Shown: positions 9,909-18,406 of the stretch, one piece after another
Position numbering within the stretch: position 1 is the stretch's first letter
Layout of the letters: the number at the start of each line of letters is the position of its first letter
IMG/VR virus record: IMGVR_UViG_3300021431_000002
Reading direction: 5' to 3' (one strand)
DNA: 64,000 nt
From: a virus
Taxonomy: Duplodnaviria > Heunggongvirae > Uroviricota > Caudoviricetes
Notes under the pieces: generated by a model
What the model was told of the DNA's origin: nothing
The model's database searches: none
Seen by the model: only the letters and a program-made list of their open reading frames with translations
Position numbers and translations under genes: made by a program

Positions 9909-10184
9909 TTAATTTTCACAAAGTTCTGCGGTATATGGGGAATATATTGTACCACTTTCAACTGCTTCGCTTTCTACTGCGAAAAGACCAGTTCCCTTTT
10001 CGTAATATATTTCCAACTCAAACTCCATATCACGGACAATTGCTTCTGCTTCTTCTTGCGTAGAGCAAACCTTTTCTTCAAGTAGTTCTTCCACTTTTGC
10101 AGCAAATGCTTTTGGGAATTTCTCTTTGGTGAGTTTAATCACACCTATACTTTCGTATTCATCTGAATTGTTTAATTTAACCAT
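9909..10184 (-). CDS. hypothetical acidic protein
   Basis: 91 aa; own promoter (10216). Confidence 0.8.
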   Translation of the reverse strand: MVKLNNSDEYESIGVIKLTKEKFPKAFAAKVEELLEEKVCSTQEEAEAIVRDMEFELEIYYEKGTGLFAVESEAVESGTIYSPYTAELCEN

Positions 10185-10320
10185 AATCTTTGTCTCCTAT
10201 CGTTTTATTGTGTTGCAAAGGTACGAAATTTTTTTGAATTGACAAAATAAAAAGACCACAAATGCTGGGATTTTAACTTTCCTTAACATTTGCGGTCAAC
10301 AAAAGGAGATTAAAGAATGA

Positions 10321-10590
10321 TTATTCAATATTTAACAAGGCATAACTTTTTCCATCTACTGACTTTTTCCATGTCCAGACAGATGTTACTTCCTCATCAT
10401 CAAACGATAATATAACTTTATCGCTCATGTCGTTTATTGGCTCTACCTTTATGGTATTTGGCTTTTTAGGGAACAATGCCACTTTTGGGTCATTAATAAC
10501 CCTCATAACAATCCCCTCAATTGTTTTTGGTGCTTTATTGACAAACACACAATGGGCAAAGCCAGACCTAAGTAATGCTTTTGTATTCAT
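10321..10590 (-). CDS. hypothetical protein
   Basis: 89-aa ORF. Confidence 0.75.
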   Translation of the reverse strand: MNTKALLRSGFAHCVFVNKAPKTIEGIVMRVINDPKVALFPKKPNTIKVEPINDMSDKVILSFDDEEVTSVWTWKKSVDGKSYALLNIE

Positions 10591-10592
10591 GC

Positions 10593-10721
10593 TTATTTAC
10601 GTTTCTTTTTCTGCCAATATTTCAGTTTTTTTCTTTTTGGGTGAAATTCAGCGGTGTAAAAACCTGCGCTCAACACTCTAAGCAACGGAATGTCATACCC
10701 ATGTAATAAGTAGTAATTCAT
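10593..10721 (-). CDS. small basic hypothetical protein
   Basis: 42 aa (MNYYLLHG...WQKKKRK), below the ORF-track cutoff; its stop abuts the next ATG. Confidence 0.5.
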   Translation of the reverse strand: MNYYLLHGYDIPLLRVLSAGFYTAEFHPKRKKLKYWQKKKRK

Positions 10722-10781
10722 TATTCTTCTAAGTTATTGATTATCTTTTCAAGTCTTTTTCTCGTTTTGGGGTCAGAGAGA

Positions 10782-10806
10782 GTGTCGGCAATCATTATGC
10801 CGACAC
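10782..10806 (-). terminator. hairpin terminator
   Basis: GTGTCGGCA/TGCCGACAC perfect 9-bp stem after gene 10831-11649. Confidence 0.55.
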
Positions 10807-10830
10807 AGAATAATATGAATAAACCAAACA

Positions 10831-11649
10831 TCACTTCTCAATTTTTTTGATAGTTCCTTTGTCACCATCAATAGCGTAGCCTATTTCCTTGGCAATCACT
10901 GGGAAAAACACATCATCGAAATATGTGCTTGCATCGCCATTGCAAAATACTTCCACACCAAAATTGTAGGCAGACGGATAAAGCATAATGCGTTCAAAAA
11001 TCTCGCTCCAATATGCAGTAATGGTGTGTTTGATGTCAGACTTCTCACAGATAGAGCCATCATTGAGGTTAAGCCACTGAATGAAACGAGTACCATTTTT
11101 CATCATTTCGCTAACCCTATGCATTTGCTCATATTCCATGCGTCCAGCGAGAAAAGCCAATTCTTTGTGTGATGTGATGTCATAGATGTAACTATCTTCG
11201 CCATAGTGTGCGCTTTCCTCAATAAAAGCGTTCCATAACTTGACAAGTTTCTCTTCTGATAACTTCTCAATGGTTTTGAGATAGGTCTTGCGCTCAATAG
11301 GGCTCATTTCCTTGATTGTGCGCTGCTCACAGAACAATGCTACGTTATCGCCATGGGTGTTGAAGAAAGTCACAATTTCCTCGTCAGTCGGCTTGGTGCT
11401 GAATGTAATTTCAGAAACCATTTTCTTGAACTTCTCCAGCGGAGACTGCAAGCAACGGAACATTCCCTCATGCTCGGTGTAGTCAGCCATAAAATCCTTA
11501 AAGTGCAAACCATACTCGTTGATATATTCACTTATCTGCTTGTCACTTGGAACGTCAATGTTAAGTTCCTTACAAGCCTTAATGACGTTCATACGAAAGC
11601 CAATCACCCTATGGGCAAAGCCAATCAAATCATTTTCTTTTTCTGCCAT
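10831..11649 (-). CDS. hypothetical protein
   Basis: ATG 11649 (MAEKEND); own promoter (11683). Confidence 0.85.
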   Translation of the reverse strand: MAEKENDLIGFAHRVIGFRMNVIKACKELNIDVPSDKQISEYINEYGLHFKDFMADYTEHEGMFRCLQSPLEKFKKMVSEITFSTKPTDEEIVTFFNTHGDNVALFCEQRTIKEMSPIERKTYLKTIEKLSEEKLVKLWNAFIEESAHYGEDSYIYDITSHKELAFLAGRMEYEQMHRVSEMMKNGTRFIQWLNLNDGSICEKSDIKHTITAYWSEIFERIMLYPSAYNFGVEVFCNGDASTYFDDVFFPVIAKEIGYAIDGDKGTIKKIEK

Positions 11650-11871
11650 ATCTTTATTCTCCTTATTTGTTGTTTGATGTTGCAAAGGTACGAAATTATT
11701 TTGAAATAACCAAATATTTTAGGAATTATTTTCCAATTTTTTTGATAGTTCCCTTGTCTCCATCTTCTTTATTTTTCTTCTTAATTTGTTATTGTCGTGT
11801 ATAAGCATGAAAACAATACACATCTGGACAACAGATAAAAATGCTATTAACTCTTCCATAACTCTAATATT

Positions 11872-12183
11872 TTAATTATAGAATACTGCTACCTCACCAA
11901 TAGGCTGCTCGAAATCGCCTAAGTAGTCTGTGAGAGTGTAGAGGTCAGCGTTTTCTGCGAGAGCCTTACGAAGAAACTCTGCATATTCCTCATTGCCCTC
12001 TGAATGAGCGTCAGCAATCCAAATGTTTGCCATTTCGCCATCTACATCTTCAAGGCTATAATTACCATTCCAATCTTCATCGTTCTTGACCATTTCCACA
12101 GCTATGTTGTGCTGCTCTTCTGAAAGGTCAAAGGTTTCAATCTTATAAAAATCAAAACCACTCAACAATGTAATTCTTTTCAT
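11872..12183 (-). CDS. hypothetical acidic protein
   Basis: 103 aa; own promoter (12230). Confidence 0.8.
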   Translation of the reverse strand: MKRITLLSGFDFYKIETFDLSEEQHNIAVEMVKNDEDWNGNYSLEDVDGEMANIWIADAHSEGNEEYAEFLRKALAENADLYTLTDYLGDFEQPIGEVAVFYN

Positions 12184-12293
12184 TTTTACTTACTTTTAAT
12201 TGTTAATACTGCTTTGTTTTATTATGATGCAAAGATACGAAATTATTTTGAAATAACCAAATTATTTCGGATAAAATTTTGTTAAAAAACAAC

Positions 12294-12321
12294 GATGGGC
12301 TTACCTCACGGCAAACCCATC
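12294..12321 (-). terminator. hairpin with GUGA tetraloop ending the non-coding transcript
   Basis: GATGGGTTTGCC-GTGA-GGTAAGCCCATC followed by a T-run on the minus strand. Confidence 0.6.
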
Positions 12322-12389
12322 ATCCAACTAAAAACCTAACAATTCAAATTATGGAAAACAAAGAGCGTTTCACAACGCAACGAGCATAG

Positions 12390-12463
12390 CACCCCTCGTA
12401 GGACTCGAACCTACGACCCTCGGTTGTTGGCAACCGATGCTCTACCAACTGAGCTATCAGGGT
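12390..12463 (-). tRNA. aberrant tRNA-Trp-derived element (pseudo-tRNA or tRNA mimic)
   Basis: Canonical D arm (GCTC-AGTTGGTA-GAGC) and T arm (GTAGG-TTCGAGT-CCTAC); A1-U72 and G73; anticodon stem TCGGT/ACCGA with an 8-nt loop TGCCAACA; two mismatches in the acceptor stem; no encoded CCA. Confidence 0.7.
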
Positions 12464-12465
12464 AA

Positions 12466-13015
12466 AATGGGGATTGCCAACGGCAAGTCAAAATCAGCAT
12501 CAACTTGTCACTGCCCATGAATCCCCTTAAAAAACCTCACCTCTAAACCATCCTCTCTACTTTGCTGATAGAAATGTGCGCACGTTATCACATTTGGAGG
12601 GGGTGGATAAACTTGGCAAGGTAATGACCGAAGATGCCCCAAAATGAATGCCCAAAATAGCGGCTCTAAATAGCGGCTTGGGGGCGAATAATGTGCCTAT
12701 CGGAAGTGGCGATTATATGCAATACAGCAAACGCTCACTTGGCACTTAACGGCAGGGCTGATAGATAGTGGTCTGTCTAAGTTTTTTTTATTAGTCTTAA
12801 TTAAATCAATGTTATAATATATTCCCTTAATAGGGTCGGTCTCTGCTACGCATATCTCACGTATTTATGTGGGTATCGAACCCCACGTTACCTTAAATTA
12901 AACTCGATTATATAACATAAAAAATAATTTAAGTGTGCAAGCCTTTTAAGGCGGAGGTCTTTCCATTATTCTCTCTCTTTTTAGTTGAGGGTATTGCAAC
13001 CCTCGTTATTAATTC
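12466..13015 (-). ncRNA. candidate long structured non-coding RNA
   Basis: Own promoter (13021); no ORF of 60 aa or more; several stems (12469-12526, 12869-12886, 12987-13004). Confidence 0.4.
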
Positions 13016-13099
13016 TGTTGCAAAGGTACGAAATCTTTTTGAATTGACCAAATCTTTCGGCAAATTTTAACTTCGTTTAACCTTTGGAAAGTGCGCAAA

Positions 13100-13273
13100 T
13101 TAGCGCATCTTATAGACATTGTAGAGTTGCGTGTTCTCCACTACCACCTCTCCATTCTTGTCCTTCAGTGGCTGACCATTCTCGTCAGTCTTTACGACTT
13201 CTTTCTTGCGACTTGGGATTGCCACCACTCGGTTGTTTCGGATTGCTTTTTCAAGCCGTTTCTGTCCACTCAT
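13100..13273 (-). CDS. small hypothetical protein
   Basis: 57 aa (MSGQKRLEKAIRNNR...), downstream of promoter 13326. Confidence 0.7.
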   Translation of the reverse strand: MSGQKRLEKAIRNNRVVAIPSRKKEVVKTDENGQPLKDKNGEVVVENTQLYNVYKMR

Positions 13274-13392
13274 AATTCTTTGTCTTTTTACTTAATTACC
13301 AATTGTTTATTTATCTTTCGTGATGCAAAGGTACGAAAAAAAATTGGATTGACCAAATTATTCCGTGATTTTTTTCAGATTTTAACGTTTAT

Positions 13393-13626
13393 TTACCAAT
13401 TACCTTGCTGGTTTTCAATAAATTCAACCGTTTCAATCGTTTCCTTGATGTCCGCTTCCAACTTATCATCGTCAATGTCAGAGAAATCATCGTCTCTGTC
13501 AGAACGATAGTCATTAAGCGTTTTGCCATAGAGTTCGCATACAAACTCTCCGTTCTCTGTAACGTCAAGTCCGCTTGTTGTCTCTCTGACTTGATAGCCT
13601 AACTCTGTCTCGTATGTACTACCCAT
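13393..13626 (-). CDS. hypothetical acidic protein
   Basis: 77-aa ORF in operon. Confidence 0.75.
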   Translation of the reverse strand: MGSTYETELGYQVRETTSGLDVTENGEFVCELYGKTLNDYRSDRDDDFSDIDDDKLEADIKETIETVEFIENQQGNW

Positions 13627-13638
13627 AATTACTTTTTT

Positions 13639-13758
13639 TTACTCTGCGGTCTCTTCCTTGTCGTTGTTCTTCTGTCCGAAGTAAGTAATCACCTTGGGAA
13701 GTGCAACAAGTGCTCCAACACAAATGACAAGGGCGATAATTTGTCCAACTGAAATCAT
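13639..13758 (-). CDS. small membrane protein
   Basis: 39 aa (MISVGQIIALVICVGALVALPK...); one hydrophobic helix. Confidence 0.6.
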   Translation of the reverse strand: MISVGQIIALVICVGALVALPKVITYFGQKNNDKEETAE

Positions 13759-13847
13759 AGTCTTAATTTTTTGAAGTTTCTTTTTTTAAGGTGGTGGGTT
13801 TTAGTTTCCCACACACCTTATTATATTATAGATACGTACAGCCTTAT

Positions 13848-14417
13848 TTATGCGTTAGCAACTGCTGGCTCTATAGCCATTTCTGCTGCTTCCAACTCTG
13901 CATCCTTGGACTGCTTGCCGATACCCATGCCCTCAACGAGAGCCTTTGCGTTCTTCAAGTCAATCTTGGGGTTGCTCTCCATGCGCTCCAATGCAGCCTT
14001 GAAATCCTTGGTCTTGGTGCTGAACTTGTCATAGAAACGGCAAAGTGCGTGTGCAGCATTGGGGTTGCGGAACAACTTGTCGTTCTTGTGATACTTGGCA
14101 GCAATCTTCAACCATGAGAAAATCTTCTCGGCTTTCTTCTCGTCAATCTTGGTGTAGCCATCCTCAAACACCTCCTTGCGGTGTGCGTTCTTTCCTACTG
14201 CGAAGTAAACGAGATAGGTAATAGGGTAGTTTCCGTTAGCCACCGACAACTCAACGAGTTTCTTGCAGATGTCAATGTGCTGCTGACGAAGTGCTTTGTG
14301 CTGCGGTAGGTTGAACCATACTGGCATTTTCACACCCTTACCACCATTATTCTCTGCCACAAGGCGAACACGTGTGTCAAGTGAAAACTTTTCTTTCTTT
14401 GTCTCTGTTTTTGCCAT
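13848..14417 (-). CDS. hypothetical basic protein, probably abundant
   Basis: 189 aa; own promoter (14472); AAG/GAG/C-ending codon preference. Confidence 0.88.
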   Translation of the reverse strand: MAKTETKKEKFSLDTRVRLVAENNGGKGVKMPVWFNLPQHKALRQQHIDICKKLVELSVANGNYPITYLVYFAVGKNAHRKEVFEDGYTKIDEKKAEKIFSWLKIAAKYHKNDKLFRNPNAAHALCRFYDKFSTKTKDFKAALERMESNPKIDLKNAKALVEGMGIGKQSKDAELEAAEMAIEPAVANA

Positions 14418-14538
14418 AGTTTTAATATCCTATTTTTTAATGTTAAACTTATTGTTATTTCTTTTGTGATGCAAAGGTACGAAAAAATTTTGAATCTACC
14501 AAATAATTTCTTATAAAAATCAGGCTCTTTAACCCTTT

Positions 14539-14994
14539 TTAACAAATGAGTTCTGATATTGTTGTGAAATCACGCATATAATAAATGTTATCTGCATTGT
14601 CTCCATCTTCAAAATATGAACTTTGCAGCCATTCTGAAAGGGTTATTCCAATAAGGTGCTTGTTCTCAAAACGCACCCATACTTCATAGGTTTTTTCCTC
14701 AATGGTGAAATATGCAACGTAGCAGCCATTACCCTCTCTATCGAAATAACGACTATTGATTTTGATGTCAAACACCCTCAGTGTTTCTAAAGGTGTGTCA
14801 CCCTCTCCCAATGTTATTTTGTTTTTTATACCAATGGTGGCATAAACCCCACAAGGAGCAATATCTTCTCTCTTATCGGTATCATGGTAGAGAATGTCCT
14901 CAACCACTTTTTTTACCATAGTATTACCATAGAAAGGGTTTTTGCTCCCATTTCTTGCTTCGGTCATTTCAACTCTTAACTTTGCTTCTACCAT
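14539..14994 (-). CDS. hypothetical protein
   Basis: ATG 14994; GGAG leader; promoter 15025. Confidence 0.8.
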   Translation of the reverse strand: MVEAKLRVEMTEARNGSKNPFYGNTMVKKVVEDILYHDTDKREDIAPCGVYATIGIKNKITLGEGDTPLETLRVFDIKINSRYFDREGNGCYVAYFTIEEKTYEVWVRFENKHLIGITLSEWLQSSYFEDGDNADNIYYMRDFTTISELIC

Positions 14995-15092
14995 ATCTTT
15001 ATCTCCTATTGTTTTATTGTGGTGCAAATGTACGAAATTATTTTGAATTAACCAAATATTTTTTGGAAAATCTCTGGGGCTTTAACCTTTTT

Positions 15093-15575
15093 TTAGAATT
15101 CGTGGAAATTTTCTTTCGTTTTGCTCATTTTCCACACACCATCTTCAAAAAGGTAATTATATTGCCCATATATAGTTTCATATACCTTATTAAATGAGCC
15201 TTGAATTGGCTTGATGTTGCGCCATTTGTCTGTGTTTCTGTTAGCATAATGAGCAACATGACCGCTTGCAATTCCGCTACAGAAGCCGCCAACTAACAAG
15301 TTAAGGGCAGTCTCATAGTCGTTAAAATGCTCTTTAAGGGTCTCTCCTACACTATCAGGATAACCATCCCAATGGCAATAAATACCAATGTACTCACCTT
15401 TGAGCGTTACCATCCTACAAAGGTCTTTACCTCGTTTGTCGAACCATACTTTCCCATTTTCATCTGTCTCTATCCACTCTTTAAGCGGAATTGGCAGTTT
15501 GGTAGAGTCGAATTTTATTTTGCGTCCTACGTCCTCTTTGCGGACTTTAAGGATAATTCTTGATGGTGTACTCAT
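15093..15575 (-). CDS. conserved phage hypothetical protein (IYCHWDGYP family)
   Basis: IYCHWDGYP..VG..L..HF motif, which I recall from many phage proteins. Confidence 0.8.
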   Translation of the reverse strand: MSTPSRIILKVRKEDVGRKIKFDSTKLPIPLKEWIETDENGKVWFDKRGKDLCRMVTLKGEYIGIYCHWDGYPDSVGETLKEHFNDYETALNLLVGGFCSGIASGHVAHYANRNTDKWRNIKPIQGSFNKVYETIYGQYNYLFEDGVWKMSKTKENFHEF

Positions 15576-15683
15576 AATTTACTATTTTATTTGTTGTTTG
15601 TTGATGCAAAGGTACGAAATTATTTTGAATTGACAAAATATTACTTGAAAAAAATCTGGTTTGTTAACAATTATTAACAAAAA

Positions 15684-15710
15684 ATGGACTGGGATTGTTT
15701 CCCAGTCCAT
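15684..15710 (-). terminator. intrinsic terminator
   Basis: ATGGACTGGGA/TCCCAGTCCAT perfect 11-bp stem plus T-tract. Confidence 0.7.
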
Positions 15711-15751
15711 CAGAACAACTAACATAAAACAATAAAAAACTATGAAAAAAC

Positions 15752-15922
15752 TTAGTCTCTCCTAAGTATCTTTGATTCGTTTTCTTTTCCGAGAGTAAAC
15801 TGACGAATATCAGCGTCCTCTGCTTGGTCTCTCGCCTTATCAAGTGCTTCTCCCTCGTCGTTTGCTTCAACTTCAATAACAATTGAAGCATTATAGTTTA
15901 GTTCTATTACGTATTTCTGCAT
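15752..15922 (-). CDS. small acidic hypothetical protein
   Basis: 56 aa (MQKYVIELNYNASIVIEVEANDEGEALDKA...). Confidence 0.7.
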   Translation of the reverse strand: MQKYVIELNYNASIVIEVEANDEGEALDKARDQAEDADIRQFTLGKENESKILRRD

Positions 15923-15939
15923 ATTCTTTTTAATTTATA

Positions 15940-16260
15940 TTATTCTTTAGGTTTAACTTCCACACCATCTTTATATAGTGTGTTAAATGCCATAAGCACA
16001 TGAATCACTGTGATTTCCTCTTTGTCACTAATCTCACCAACATACTCTATTACTGCATCAGATAACTCTTTGCTATCCTTAACCGCTTTTAACTGCGGAT
16101 AAATCATATCAAAGCGGTGTCCTCTGTAACTCTCGCAAACCGCATGACCATCGTAGATGTCAAAAGGAATGGCTTTCTTAAAACCCTCTATATTAAGATT
16201 TTCAGAGCAGACCTTTTTCCCATAGAATTTTTCCCAAATTTTACTTTCGTTGTTATTCAT
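15940..16260 (-). CDS. hypothetical protein
   Basis: 106 aa; promoter 16290. Confidence 0.8.
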   Translation of the reverse strand: MNNNESKIWEKFYGKKVCSENLNIEGFKKAIPFDIYDGHAVCESYRGHRFDMIYPQLKAVKDSKELSDAVIEYVGEISDKEEITVIHVLMAFNTLYKDGVEVKPKE

Positions 16261-16377
16261 TTTTCTAATTATTTATTGTTTAACTTTAGCAAAGATATAA
16301 AAAAAAAGTGAGACTGACAAATTATGTCAGCCTCAACTTCTGTTAAAAAAGATTAAAAAAGGAAGAATTTCGGACTT

Positions 16378-16770
16378 TCATTTTATTTTTCTAATAGGTA
16401 TTATTCCCTCATTATCAAACTTGATTATATAATCCCAATGAGCACCAATAGGGTCTTTGGAAAGCCTAATATAATGTATCTCTTGCCTATCCGTTCCGTC
16501 ATTATCCAAAACAAATTCATAAGCCTTATATATGGTCTCAGAACTTGTTTCAAATTCCATTTCTAACCTATATTGCTCCATACCGCAGCCACTTTCGTAA
16601 GTGTCCACATACAGACTATCTTTTACAAAGGTGAAAAGCAATGTGGAATCATTTGTTATAAACTTCGTTGGTGTGAGTGTCTGCCCATCAGTGCAAGCAG
16701 ACAACCCCACTGCTATTAGCATAAAAGAAAGAATTAGTAATTTCTTCATTTTGCGTTTAATTCTACCCAT
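16378..16770 (-). CDS. putative lipoprotein
   Basis: MKKLLILSFMLIAVGLSA-C lipobox; own promoter (16799). Confidence 0.65.
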   Translation of the reverse strand: MGRIKRKMKKLLILSFMLIAVGLSACTDGQTLTPTKFITNDSTLLFTFVKDSLYVDTYESGCGMEQYRLEMEFETSSETIYKAYEFVLDNDGTDRQEIHYIRLSKDPIGAHWDYIIKFDNEGIIPIRKIK

Positions 16771-16861
16771 CTTCTTAATCTCTTTTTGTTTTACAATGCA
16801 AAGGTACGAAATTATTTTGAATTAACCAAATTAATTTGGGGAAAAATGTGGTGGGGAAATG

Positions 16862-17683
16862 TTAAAATCCCCAATCCACATCTGTTTCGCTATCAAGGTC
16901 AATCACAAAAGGAGTATTAGGCTTTACAAAATGACCGCTTTTGTAGTCGTTTGCAGTCTTATGATAGTGCAACCCCATAATTGACTTCTTAGGGTCAAGG
17001 TAACGCATATCGTAAGAATTAGCGTCAACCACATTCCAACCCCTAAACTGCTTTGGCAGCGTTTCATTCTCGCTATAGAACACAACGGCAACCTTGCCAC
17101 CATGGCGCAAAAACTTCTCGCACTCTTCCCAGTTATATCCGTCATAACTGAAAGTGAGGTCATAGTTAGGGTATTGTTCCAACAACTTCACTCTGTTATA
17201 AACCTTTGTGTAGTCATAGAATTGAACATCTGGGAACATTTCCAATATGTTCTTACCGCTAATAGGGTCTCTGAAAGCGAGAGGGGAGAGGTCGCTTGTA
17301 CCATTAAGGCGAACACTAAACCCATATCCAAGACGCTTTGCCCTTGCTCGTTTGCTCTCAATCTCATGCACAAGTATCTCCATGAAACGCTCTCTGTCCT
17401 CATAGAACAACTTAGTTTTCTTGATACGTGAACGATTTATCTTAGAGCCTTCAACACCTCTTGCAAGTTCGTCACACTTGTTCTGTCCGCTTCCGTTCAA
17501 ACAGAACTCATGGCAGTGCTGACCTTTGGGACAAACATTATGTCCACTCATGTTCCAAGGTGCAAGGTACAAACAATATGTCATTGTGCCATTCTCATAA
17601 GAGAGACGCATTTTCATACTTTGTGCCACATTACCAAGATATGTAACACCGATTTCTTGTAAGGCTTTTCCATAACCAACCAT
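16862..17683 (-). CDS. GP88-like phage protein
   Basis: LYLAP..SG.NVCP...C...CLN.SG, RLNGTSD and FYDYTK motifs. Confidence 0.7.
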   Translation of the reverse strand: MVGYGKALQEIGVTYLGNVAQSMKMRLSYENGTMTYCLYLAPWNMSGHNVCPKGQHCHEFCLNGSGQNKCDELARGVEGSKINRSRIKKTKLFYEDRERFMEILVHEIESKRARAKRLGYGFSVRLNGTSDLSPLAFRDPISGKNILEMFPDVQFYDYTKVYNRVKLLEQYPNYDLTFSYDGYNWEECEKFLRHGGKVAVVFYSENETLPKQFRGWNVVDANSYDMRYLDPKKSIMGLHYHKTANDYKSGHFVKPNTPFVIDLDSETDVDWGF

Positions 17684-17945
17684 TTCTTTATTCTCCTTTT
17701 TTTATTGTTAGACAATTTGTTTATCTCTTTCGTGATGCAAAGGTACGAAATTATTTTGAATTAGCCAAACAAAAATCAAATTATTTTCAATTTATAATAA
17801 TTTTTTTCTGAATTATTTACAAAAAAAAGGATTTACCATATAGATAAATCCTTTTTAATCACCTTCATAAAAAAAGCATACATAGAATATACCAATCACT
17901 TCTATTAAGCCTAAAATGCAAGCAATTATAAAAAGTGTATACATA

Positions 17946-18314
17946 TTATTCTCCTATATATTTCACGCTTGCGGTCTGGCACCCACAATCTTTTCGGTTG
18001 CACAGAATGTTATATCCACTAAGCAACGTTTCGTCATAGGTATTAAGTATCATATCATCGTCAATTCTCTCACCACAATTAGGACAAGTTATAACAAAGT
18101 CCTCATAATTGTTTAATGGAAGATAGGCGATACCAAGTCCAATAAGGCATTTTAAGCCATTTTGAGACACTTTCCCATCATAGATAGCCAAACACCCCTC
18201 TACCCCATCAAAACTCTGTGTAAGGGTTAATAAATCAACATCTATTGCGTCATTGATAATAATGCCCATTTCCTCAGAGAAAACGTATATTCTAATCAGA
18301 TATTCTTTATTCAT
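17946..18314 (-). CDS. hypothetical protein with C-terminal Zn-ribbon
   Basis: CPNC...C.RKDCGC; promoter 18332. Confidence 0.65.
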   Translation of the reverse strand: MNKEYLIRIYVFSEEMGIIINDAIDVDLLTLTQSFDGVEGCLAIYDGKVSQNGLKCLIGLGIAYLPLNNYEDFVITCPNCGERIDDDMILNTYDETLLSGYNILCNRKDCGCQTASVKYIGE

Positions 18315-18406
18315 AATTTTTTTCTTTGATGCAAATATACGAAATTATTTTGAGATAACAAAATAAAACCCCAACTTTTTTTGAGTTGGGGCCTATTTTT
18401 TAACAT

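Noticed and set aside
12330-12390. Theta/HDV-like ribozyme in tRNA 3' trailers (also checked at 56100-56145)
   Set aside because: Trailers show only simple GNRA hairpins or AT-rich sequence; no nested double-pseudoknot pattern recognised
114-16825. ORF-track peptides containing MQRYEKN or FSYLCIVKQKEI (e.g. 114-302, 5710-5967, extensions of 585, 7001, 4506)
   Set aside because: These are translations of the repeated promoter cassette, not real coding sequence
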